Origin: Parvularia atlantis | Lineage: Eukaryota | Length of the DNA: 35,001 bases | Direction of reading: 5' to 3' | Assembly (NCBI GenBank): GCA_943704415.1 | Contig: CALSCO010001040.1 | Span: 1 to 35,001, forward strand | In this document: piece after piece, positions 1-9,885 of the stretch | How the letters are laid out: the number at the start of each line of letters is the position of its first letter | Position numbering within the stretch: position 1 is the stretch's first letter | Program-made: the position numbers and the translations under genes | Notes under the pieces: model-generated | What the model saw: the letters and a program-made list of their open reading frames with translations, nothing else | Told to the model about the DNA's origin: nothing | The model's database searches: none

Positions 1-480
1 ACACCAGGGTGCGACCCGCTTGCGTCGCTGCGCCCTTGTTGCTCACAAACCGCCGTCGCTGTGCAGACATGACCGACTACTTCCGCGCGATTGACGCGCT
101 CATGCGCAAGCAGCCCATGCCGATCGAGTTCTCCGGGTGGAAGTCGACGATCATCTGCAACGACTGCGCCGGTGCGCCGCGGCCGGTGCGACGTCATGCG
201 CGCTCAGCACATCGGGCGCGCAGTGCGCTCGGTCGTCTGGTACCACTTCGAGTATCACAAGTGCCCGGCCCAGGCGTGCGGCTCGTACAACACGAACGTG
301 CTCAGCATCGAGCGCGGCCCGCCGCGCAACCCGGCCGACATCGCCGCGAGCCGCAACGGCAGCCCGGCGGTGCGCCTGCCCGTGACGCTGCCGCGCGTCT
401 CATTGCAGCAGCGCCAGGCGCCCGCCGACGACGCCGGACCGGCCGAGCGCGACCGCCCGCGCGAGCACGACGCGCGTGCG

Positions 481-528
<48 letters not shown>

Positions 529-654
529 CACCACCACCACGAAGACGACGACGACGACGACCACGACCGCCATGCCGCTGACGCTGCGCCCGCCAACGAC
601 GGGACCCGCGTCAACGACGACGTGCACAACATGACGATTGACCGCGCCGACTGA
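1..654 (+). CDS. RCHY1: 3' part of RING/CHY zinc-finger E3 ligase (Pirh2/RCHY1-like), C-terminal zinc ribbon plus acidic tail; 5' end lies outside the window
   Basis: GT-AG introns 9-66 and 172-223 give DMTDYFRAIDALMRKQPMPIEFSGWKSTIICNDCAVRSVVWYHFEYHKCPAQACGSYNT. This matches the Pirh2 C-terminal pattern DM..Y...D......PMP.EY......CNDC......H....C..C.SYNT. Stop TGA at 652-654. Confidence 0.85.
481..567 (+). repeat. Coding (GAC)n/(CAC)n microsatellite encoding a poly-Asp/poly-His tract
   Basis: 16 GAC units at 481-528, then CAC x4, GAA and further GAC units, all in frame in the last RCHY1-like exon. Confidence 0.95.
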
Positions 655-694
655 CAACACCGTCGCCGCGGTCTGTGTACACGTGTACAGCCGG

Positions 695-1835
695 CTAAAG
701 AAGGTTTTCGCTCAGCAGCGCCGAGAGCGACGGCACGGTCGTCACGCGCCCGCGCAGCTCAGCACCCGTCAACCCGCCCGTGTCGCCGGACGGCTGGCCG
801 ACAAACACCGCCCGCCAGCGCGCGCCCGCCCTGATCGGCCCCACAACGTCGTTCTTCCAGCTGTCTGCGAGCGTGCCGCACGCGTCATCAGCGGCTGGGC
901 GGCCCGCAGACGTGCGCGCACGCACCGCCCACGTGCACGCAGTCACACGGCGCGCCGGCTGGGTGCGGTCCGAGCCCGGCCAGCTCGACCGCGCGCTCAA
1001 AAATGGCCGGCGCGGGCTTCGCCACGCCGAGCGTGCCCGACATGAGCACAAAGCGCAGCACGCTGCGCACGCCCAGGTCTGACAGGATCCTGTCTGTGTC
1101 GCGCGCGTGAGCTGCGGCCGCCCGCCCGCGTCGACGTACCCAGCCGCTCGTCAAAGTTGGAGATGACGCCGACCACCACGCCGCGCTCGCGCATCGCAGC
1201 CTGCCGCCCGCTCAGCGCTCAGTACCGCCACGCCACGCCACCGGCGCACCAGCCGCGCCGGCGCGACCGCGTCCAGCAGCTCCCAACACCGCCCGGTCGC
1301 GAGGTCGTGGAACAGCTCGGTCGCAAGCGGCGCCAACACGGGCTGCAGCTCTGTGACAACGCGCGATCAGCCGTCACCGCGCTTGCCACGTCTCTCGCGC
1401 ACCGTCCGGCGCCACGCCGCTGCGCGCCATCGTCTGCCCGATGACCTTGCATCCGGGTGCGCGTTCAAGCGGCACCCATCACGCGGCACGACGCGGCGCA
1501 CCCGCGTCCACCACGCCCGCGCCGTCATGCCGCGTCCGTGGCCAAAGTTGGGCGCGTCGTCGCACGCCGCACGGTACGCTGCACGCGCGTCGTCGACGGT
1601 CGGCGCGCACCGATCCGACGCCGTGCGATGCGCACCGCTGCCAAACGCGTCGCCCATCCGCGCGGCGTCCGGGCGCAGGCCGTGTCGCCGCGCCGCGTCC
1701 ATCTGCACGACGACTGAGCACGACACCGCGGCATCCCGGCCCGCACGCCGCGTCACGCACGTACTGCTGCAGCACCGGCGGGCGCGGCCGGATCAGCGTG
1801 CCCATCGCGTCGAGAGTGAGCAGTTTGTGCTTCAT
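695..1835 (-). CDS. HDHD3: HAD-superfamily hydrolase, HDHD3/REG-2-like (8 exons)
   Basis: The spliced protein has motif I MKHKLLTLDAMGTLIRPRPPVLQQY, then PNFG..GMTARAWW, motif II GVISNFDERL, motif III GVAKPAPAIF and motif IV CVHVGDSWKNDVVG. Seven GT-AG introns, e.g. 1703-1760, 1579-1635, 1446-1501. An alternative in-frame ATG lies at 1856. Confidence 0.9.
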
Positions 1836-2307
1836 GAGCGCGGCAATCTGGGCCATCGGCGCGGGCGCGGCCGGTGCGGCGGCCGCCGTCGCGTCCAAGC
1901 TGGCGGTCGACGCGCCGCCACCGCGCGACGTGTGCCGTCTGGTGCTCGGGGACGCCGATGGCTGCGCCGAGCACGTCGTGACGCAGGTGACGCGCGTCGC
2001 GTTCGTCGTGCTCGTGCTCGCGTGCAACGGCGTCATGTGGGCCCTCTTCACGCGCGCCCTCGCCGCCAGCACATCGTCGGTCTACGTGACCGTCATCAGC
2101 AACGCCGCCAACTTTGTCCTGACGGTGCGTGCCCCGCGGGCTGCCCGGCGTTGCTGATCGCCGATGCGCGCGGTGCAGGCCGTGCTCGGCGTCGTCGTGC
2201 TGCACGAGCACCTTTCGCTGCGTTACGCACTCGGCTCGGCGCTGATCATCCTCGGCGTCGTGCTCATGCACCGCGGCCAGCAGCAGCAGCGGCCAAAGCG
2301 TGACTGA
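1834..2307 (+). CDS. TMEM42: TMEM42-like small EamA/DMT-fold membrane protein (139 aa, 2 exons)
   Basis: Exon 1834-2124 (MSAAIWAIGAGAAGAAAAVASKLAV...CNGVMWALFTRALAASTSSVYVTVISNAANFVLT), intron 2125-2178, exon 2179-2307 (AVLGVVVLHEHLSLRYALGSALIILGVVLMH). These match the TMEM42 patterns AG...A.A...KLA, N..MW..F..AL and N..NF....LG.....E. Confidence 0.85.
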
Positions 2308-2331
2308 GATGTACAGCGGCACAGGCTAGGA

Positions 2332-5300
2332 TCAGCCCGCTTTCGGCGGTGGCGATGTCGCGCTCGCGCCCGCGTCCAGCGCCACACGCCGCGGCATCGG
2401 TGCCGGCGAGCCCGACTGGCGCAGTGCATGAGACACGGCGCGACCGCACCGCAACCCCCCCGGACCGCGCGCACCGGCGCTGCGGTGTCGTCGTCGTACG
2501 CCGATGCCGGCCGCTCCGAGCCCTCGCCCAGCAGCAGCGTGCCCGGCGGCAGCGGCCGCGCGAGCGTGTGATGCACGGGGCTCGCGCACACATTCGCCGG
2601 CGTCGTCGGCGCCGCCCGCCGCTCATGCGCGCCCAGCAGCTCGACCATGCGGCTCTCCAGCGCCTGGTTGATGTTTTGTAGGCCGCGGTACTTGTCCTCC
2701 ACGGCAGCCATCTGCGCAAGCAGCGCCTGACGCTGCTTCTCGCCCGCGACGCGCTGCAGACCGTGTCAACCGCGCGCGCGCACACACACGCTTCCGGCCG
2801 CGCACCATTTCGGCCACGACCTGCTCGCGGCCCTTAAGGCGCTCCTCCATCTGCGCCAGCCGCTGCCTGGCCTGGTCGGCCTCGGCCGCGCGCGCGCCCG
2901 CCGCCGCATGCACGTCGTCGGCCTGGTGCAGAAACGACGCCACGAGCCGCTCGAGCTCGATCACGCGCGACTTGACCGCCTCCAGCTCGAGCCGCCGTGC
3001 GTTGTGCTGCTCATTGTCGGCCTCCCTGCGCGAGCCGTCAGCCAGATCGGCATGCACGAGCGCGTGCGCACCACATCAGCAGCTGCTGCGTCAGCTGGCC
3101 GATCCGGTGCCGGTACTCGATGACCTTGGCCACGCGCGGCGCGTCGTCTTGCAGCTGCGCCTGCAGCCGGTACACACTGCGCTGTGTTTGAGCCACGCGG
3201 CGCAACGTGACACAGCCTGCGCCGCCACCTCGCCTCGGCCGCCTCGAGCAGCGCGTTGCGCTTGGCCAGCACGCCCTCGAGCTCCTGCGTGCGCAGGCGC
3301 AGCTGCGCGTTTTGTGCCTCGAGCGTGTGGCACTCGTCGCGGTACTGGTTGAGCTTGCTGCGCAGCTCCTGGCGACGGCGACGGACGATGTGAGCGACGC
3401 GCGCGGCGCCCGCTTGGCGCGGCGGCGCACCCATTCCCAGCCGTCGTGCTTGGTCTTGATCGCCTGCTGATCCGTGCGCTGTGCCTGCAGCTTGTCCTTC
3501 AGCTGGCGAATCTCGGCCTGCTGCGCCTTCACCTTCTCGACCTGCGAACACGCGCGTTGAGCAGCGCACGCAGCCGGGCGCGGCACCGCACCAGCGCGTC
3601 GCGGTCGGTGTCGTCCGTCGTCGCGCTTAGCTTCTCCTTGTGCATATGCCGCAGGTGCTGCAGATGCTGCTGGCGCAGGTAGCGCTCGAAGCTGTGCCAG
3701 GGCGCGTGCGCATTAGACGCCGACATGCGCTCCTCGCGCGAAGCACACGCACATCAGCTCGTTCGACAGCAGCAGCACCTCGCGCTGCAGCGCCTGCACT
3801 TGCCGCCCCTGTACGTCCGCCGGCACCTTCTCGGCGACCGATTCCTTCGACGCCTCGAGCGACGGCGACACCGACTTCATCCTGCACGCGAGCGCTCAGC
3901 GCAGCAAGCAGGACACGCGGTCTGGCCACGCACGCGGCGCTCAGGATCGACGCGTTGAGGATGCGGCGCTGCCGCGGCGGCGCCTTGTCGGCGGCGGCGG
4001 CCGAGCGCACGGGCGCCTGCACAGCGAGGGTGGCGTCGGTCTGCACGTGCGTCAGCGGCCACGGAATGCAACGGAGCACAGCGCGCACCCACGGGTCGGC
4101 CAGCGCCAGATCGGTCTGCGTCGCCGCGCGCAGCGTCTTGTACGCCTCGAGCAGCGAGTCAAGCTGCAGCACGCTCGTGTCCGTGCCCATGTCGGCCACC
4201 GACCCCGCGCGGCTCGTCGCGGCCGAGGCCGGCAGCGACGAGGCGGCCGAACGCGCCGACGTCAGGCTCGTCTGGGACGTCTCGATGCCGTGCGCGTCGC
4301 GCAGGAGCAGCAGCTCGTCGTTGAACTCGTGGTACGCTGCGAGGCGTCAGAGGGCGGCGCGGCGTGGCGTGCGCAGGTCCGCACGCACCGCTCTGCTTGG
4401 CCTGCTTCGCGGCGTCGTTGCGGCGCCGGCGGGGCGGCCGCTGTTCCCGTCGCGCGCACAGAGCATCAGGCGTCATTCCCGTGTGCGCCAATGGCCGCAC
4501 CTGCGCCAGCGCGTCGGGTGCGATCTCGGACACGATGCTCGGGTCCGAGTTGCTGCGCCGCACCAGCGGTCTGACGCGCGCGCACGGCCGTGAGCATAGA
4601 GTCCGGCAGGGCGCGGCGCGCACATTGCAGGCGCCGCCTCAGTCTGTGGCGACCCAGCCACGCTCACGCTCGCGCTGGCGCTGTGCGCGGCCCGCTGGGC
4701 CGGGTTGAGGTCCTGCAGGGATTTGCCGCGCTGCGACCCCTCCGCTGTCGCGCGCCGCGTGTCAGTGGCGGCAGCACAGCGCACGTCGCCGCGTGTGCAC
4801 CATCGGTGAGCACCATGTCCGCGTCAGCACCGGCGGGCGTGTCGGCCTGCGGGCTCCGCTCGTCGCTGGGCGATGCTGCACCCGAGGCTGGCCGTGTTCC
4901 GCCCTGCACAGTTTGCGACTGCGCATGCAGCGCTGCGACGGTCCATCAGCAGCACGGCGACGCGAGCGTGCGCGACGTCGCACCAACGGCCGTCGTGTCC
5001 TGAGGCGCGGGCGAGTGCGGCGGCGAGTAGTCGACCGAGGTCGCGCGATTCGCGCCCACGAGCAGGTCGACCGCGGCCTCGGGGGCTGGCGGGGCGCGCA
5101 AAACGTCACACTTTGGCCCTAGATGAGGCGGGACGCACCTGACAGCGAGACGCGCAGGCGCTGGCTGTCGCGCACGTCGAAAACGCTTGAGCGGCGCGAC
5201 GTCGACTTTGATGCCGCGAGCGACTCGTCGCCGAGGTCGGCCTGCGACAGCCGCGCCGCGCCAGGGTCCACATCGAGCCTGAGGCGCATCTCAAGGCACT

Positions 5301-6997
5301 CGCGCAGGATGTCCTGCACGGCCCAGTCGGCCCATGGCTGCCGCAGAGCAGCACGCGCCACACACCTCGGGTTCGGACTGGGCGAAGCGGAGCGGGTCGC
5401 GCTCGGACACGGCCGACGACCAGACGAGCGTCGGGTTGACGGCGTGCTGCTTGAGGATCGTCTGCGGCGCGTGTGAGCGCGAGCCTTGCTTGCGGCGCAG
5501 CGCACCGTCAGCAGCGGCTTGGTCAAGTCCATCTCCTGATCCTCGCCGTAGACGCGCCGCAGGTACTGCAGCGTGTTGCCCGGGAACATGCCGTAGAGGA
5601 ACGAGAACATCTGGTACGCGAGCGCGCTATACGTCTCCGCGGAGCTGTGCCCGGCCGTGTCGACTGCGCCGGGGTCAGCCACGCCTCGCACCGCGCCTGC
5701 TGCCGTGCGAGCACACACCGAGCACGTCCCACGGCTCGGCACTGTCCAGGCCCTCGACCGTGCCGGGCGCCACAGCGGTGTTGACGCTGGGCGCCGTCGG
5801 CGTCGGAGGCTGCGCCTCGCCGGGCTGCGGCGAGCCGGCGCGCGGCGACGTCGCGCGGCTGACATGCGACCGCACCGACGACACGTACTGTCGCACCGCG
5901 CGTCAGTCGCAGACTGGTACACCCGATGAACATGCGCACGTGCAGCCGCAGCGTGCGCACGAGCACGGCCATGAGCGCCGGCAGGATGGGCACAAGCTTG
6001 GTGGCGAGGCGCGGCATGAGCATGAGCACGGCGCGCAGCGACGCATCGTATGCCACGACCGCGTCGTCCATCTGCCGCGCGGCGTCAGTGCGGGCGCGCG
6101 CGGCGGGCACGGCTACCACGCACGAGCAGCGAGCTCAGCACGTGCTTCAGCAGCGGCGTCTCAGACATCTCGGCCAGCGAGGGCAGCTGCACGGCGACAT
6201 GGGCCGGTGTGGGTGCAACCGACAGACACGCGCGCACCTGCTGCGCCACAACGCGCGCGAGGAGCACCGCGGCCTGTGTGCGCGTCGCCTTGCGCTGGTA
6301 CGCCTGGCTGAGCAGCCAGAAGAAGGCCTGCGTGGCGGGCTCAGCAGGCAGCCCGCGCGCGCATGTCCCAGCCGCGCATGCCTTGGCGCGCTTGTCGGCA
6401 AAGTGCAGAAGCACCTGCAGTAGCGAGCGCTCGCGCAGCTCCCAGTACTGCGCAAAGACGGCGCTCGCGAGTGTGCTGTCGCGGATGCTGCCCGCGCGCG
6501 AGCGCCCTCAGCGTGCGCGAGGAGCAGGCAGCGGCCGCGCACATCAGCTGCACGATGACCTCGACGCTCGACTGGCTCAGCTGTGCGTGCGGGCTCTCGG
6601 CAAACTTGCGCAGGACGGAGAACCTGCGCGCGCGGACTGAGGCGGTGCGTCGAGCGGGCGCGGCGCGCAAGGCACCAGTCGGAGAAGCTCTCGGTCGGCA
6701 GGCTGACGACGAGCTTGAGCAGGTAGCGCACGAAGACGCCCGCCTGCGGCCGATGCGCGTGAGCGAGCCGCGATGTGCGACGGCATCCGACGTGCGGACT
6801 TGGCCCGGCTGCACGCCCTGATCGCCGAAGCGCGTCGCGCGGAAGTCCTGCAGCAGGCGCTCTGCGACGGCCGAGACCGACGGCGTGTACCCGTTCTCGA
6901 CGTACTGGTCGATGCGCTCAAGCAGGTGCGCGTCAAACTGCTCGGCGCGGGCCGCCGCAAAGACGGCTTTGGCGATGTCCTTGTACTCGATAGGCAT
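2332..6997 (-). CDS. TSC1: Hamartin (TSC1) homolog, more than 20 short introns
   Basis: The spliced product contains FSFLYGMFPGNTLQYLR (hamartin F..LYGM.P.N...FLR), NPTLVWSSAVSERDPLRFAQSEPEDILREC and EVLLLSNELIFERYLRQQH (TSC1 LLL.NQL.YER..RQQH), followed by a long coiled coil. ATG at 6997, stop at 2332-2334. Confidence 0.88.
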
Positions 6998-7027
6998 GGC
7001 AATTTGAAGGTCAATTCGATTGTAAGG
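6998..7027. promoter_or_regulatory. 30-bp AT-rich divergent spacer, putative bidirectional core promoter
   Basis: GGCAATTTGAAGGTCAATTCGATTGTAAGG lies between the TSC1 ATG (6997, minus) and the ATG at 7028 (plus). It is markedly more AT-rich than its flanks. Confidence 0.6.
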
Positions 7028-9849
7028 ATGGTGTGACGCTTGTCGCCTTCGACCGCCTCTCGCTCGCGGCTGACCGCCGCGCAGGACGCGGACCGCGTCG
7101 CCCTCGCCGATCGCTTCCTGGCCGACGTGGCCGCGCTCACGCCGCAGCAGGCCGCGCGGCTGTGCGTGCAGCTGGCGCGGCGCGCGCACGCCGAGGCGCC
7201 GGCCGCGCTCACGCCGACCGAGCGGGTGCGCGCCGGGCCATGCGCAGTGCGGCACGGCTGACGCATGAGCGGGCGGCAGGACGAGGTGAAGGCGTGCTTC
7301 ATGCTCACGCGCAAGAACACAGACGAGACGCGCCTGTGGCTGCTGACGGCGCTGCTGTGCGCGACGGTGCGGGGCGCCGAACGACGGACCAGCACGCAAC
7401 CTGACGACGCACGACGCACGACGCACGACGCAGATCGCGCAGATGCCCGTGCACTGCGACAGCGAGCTGCTGACCACCGTCCAGTCGGCCATCGCGTACT
7501 GGACCGAGACCGTGCGGGTGCGCCCACGCCGCGGCCTGGTTCTGCAGCCGTCTCATCCGCGCGCCGCCGCCAGCTCACGCCCGTGCAGCTGACCGACCTG
7601 GCGATGCGCCTGCTGGAGCTGCTGACGGCAGCCGCGGCCCCCGCGCACGCGGAGACGCTGCCGCAGCCCGCCGCTGCTGACGCCGCCCCGGCAGACAGCG
7701 CCCACGCGCCGATGGACGCCAAGCCCGCTGCCACAGCCGCCGCAGCCGCCGCCGCTCAGCCGCCGCAGCCGCCCACGGAGCCCGCCAAGGCGGCCGACGT
7801 CGTGCCGGCGTGTATGCTCGTGCTGGACAAGCTAACGGCCAAGCAGTCGTGGGCGCTGACGGCGCTGCTCGGCGCGCGGCTCGCGGGCTCGCCGGCCGTC
7901 TTCGCAAGCCAGCGCCGCGCGCACGCACAGGTCAGCCCGTCGAGCGCCAAGGTGCGTGCGCCGTGTGTTTATGCGCCGTGCGTGCCGGGCTCACGTCGTC
8001 GCTCGGCGCACATAACAGCGCCGTGCGCAGGCCGGGCAGCTCGACGACAGCTCGTTCGGGCTCGGCGAGAGGCTGGACTTTGGCGGCAGCAGCGCTATGG
8101 CGAGCGAGAGTGACCACCTGAGCAACGAGGCGATGCACGCCGACGACGTTGTCGGCGACGGCGATCCGGCGATCCACGAGAGCGGGCAGCCGTTCGGAGG
8201 GTCCGGGCTGCCGTCCATGCAGAGTACGCTGTGCTGTGCTGCCTGCGCTCGCGCAGCCCTGCTCATGCCCGCGCCCGCCGCAGAGCCGGCCTACAGGCGG
8301 TCTCCACCATCGATCCCGCGCGCGTCCTCGCTGAACCGGGTGCGTGCGTCCGCGCTGTGTCCCCGTGCGGCGGCGGCTGAGCGCGCCGCAGGACGAGTAC
8401 ATCCGCACGATCTACGCCGTGCGCATGCTGTTCACGGCGCTGCTGCGGCGCTCGATCTTGTACGAGGCGGGGTCGACCGGGCAGCGGCGGATGCTGTCAA
8501 TCGACGTTCAGCGGGGTCGCAGTGCGTGCGCGCTGCGGCATGGTCGGCGCGTGGCTCATCGCCCTCGCCACCAGCGATTCTGCAGAACCAGCTTGGCCGG
8601 CTGCACGCCTGCGACCCGAACGCGCAGCAGTACAACCCGACCACGGTGGACGGTGCGTGTACGGGACGGGGCGCCGGTTGTGACGGCGGAGCTCGCTTAC
8701 GCCCGCCCGCAGAGAAGGCGTACTGGACGATGCACGAGCTCTCGCTGCTGTCGCGCGAGCAGACGTTCGCCATCCCGCCGCGGAGCGACGGCGGAGCGTG
8801 CGTGTGCGGGTGTGCGCGGCACGGGGCGTGACTTGACAGCGGGCGCACGGCCAGGCAATTTGAGGACCCCGTGCGTGTGGCGCTGTCGCAGATCCAAACG
8901 CCCAACTTCAACGTGCCCCTGTACGACCTGCTCAAGCACATGGAGGCCGTGAGCGACAGCTACAGCGGCGGGCACAAGGGCCTGCGGTTCTACCACGTGC
9001 GTGTGTCGGGACGCGCGCGCTGAGCTGACTTGATAGATGCGCGCCGCGCAGGTCCCGTGGCTGCAAAATTTCTGGCTCAGCCACGCCGACGCCGGCAAGC
9101 ATCTGCGCCACGACGGCCTGATTATGGTCCGGTCAGTGCTGACGGTGCGCACGACGGCGCAACCAACCGGCCGAGCTGGCGCTGACGCATGCGCACTCGC
9201 GCAGCCGTTCGGTGACTCGAACCACCGGCTCACGGCGATCATGTGCCCGCTCGGCCCGGGGCAGGGCAAGGTGCGCGGGCTCATGCCCGTGTTCTTCCTG
9301 CGCGACCTGCCGGACAACTACAACGGCAACTCGCTCCTGCTGCATTTCCTCGGCCCCGGAGCGCACCAGCTCTACGTGAGCGGGGCGCGCGGTGCGTTGC
9401 CTGTGCGCACGCGACGGCGGGGCAATTGCGCTGATGGCGCGGCGCAGAGCGTGTGCCGCAGTACCTGCCCGTGCCGATCGACATGCCGTCGACGGTGTGT
9501 GCGCGTGCTGCGCGACGATCGGCGCTGACCCAGCCGGGGCGGCGGCAGATCGTGTTTGATAACGTCGCGCCGGTCAAGGGCGAGACGCCGAGCAAGGTCA
9601 CATGGGCCCCGAAGCCGTCGGCGACGCCGCCCTCAGTGAGCGCGCCGCGCAAGGCGAGCGAGGCCGGCGGCGAGGAGACAATGGCCAAGAAGCGCCGGGT
9701 GGTGTCGTGGCTCGGTACGCCGCCGCGCGGCGCGTGCGCGCGCGAGCGGTGGCGGCCCTTGACGATGCGCTGGCGCAGAGCTCGAGGACAGCGCGGTGCA
9801 CGGCCTGGTCGAATGGGACTTTAGCGCGCCCGCGGTGCTGGTGGCCTGA
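7028..9849 (+). CDS. Hypothetical multi-exon protein, no family recognised
   Basis: ATG-only first coding exon 7028-7030 and intron 7031-7084, then about 15 further canonical introns that keep an open frame (DADRVALADRFL..., DEYIRTIYAVRMLF..., VPWLQNFWLSH..., ELEDSAVHGLVEWDFSAPAVLVA*). The exon structure near 7870-7930 is uncertain. Confidence 0.7.
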
Positions 9850-9885
9850 GCATGTTGTTCGCCCTCGTACGTGTGTCGCTCGGAT

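Noticed and set aside
7870..7930. Possible extra non-canonical intron in the orphan gene
   Set aside because: The frame is open through it and no clear branch motif or AG-preceded donor exists, so it was left as exon.
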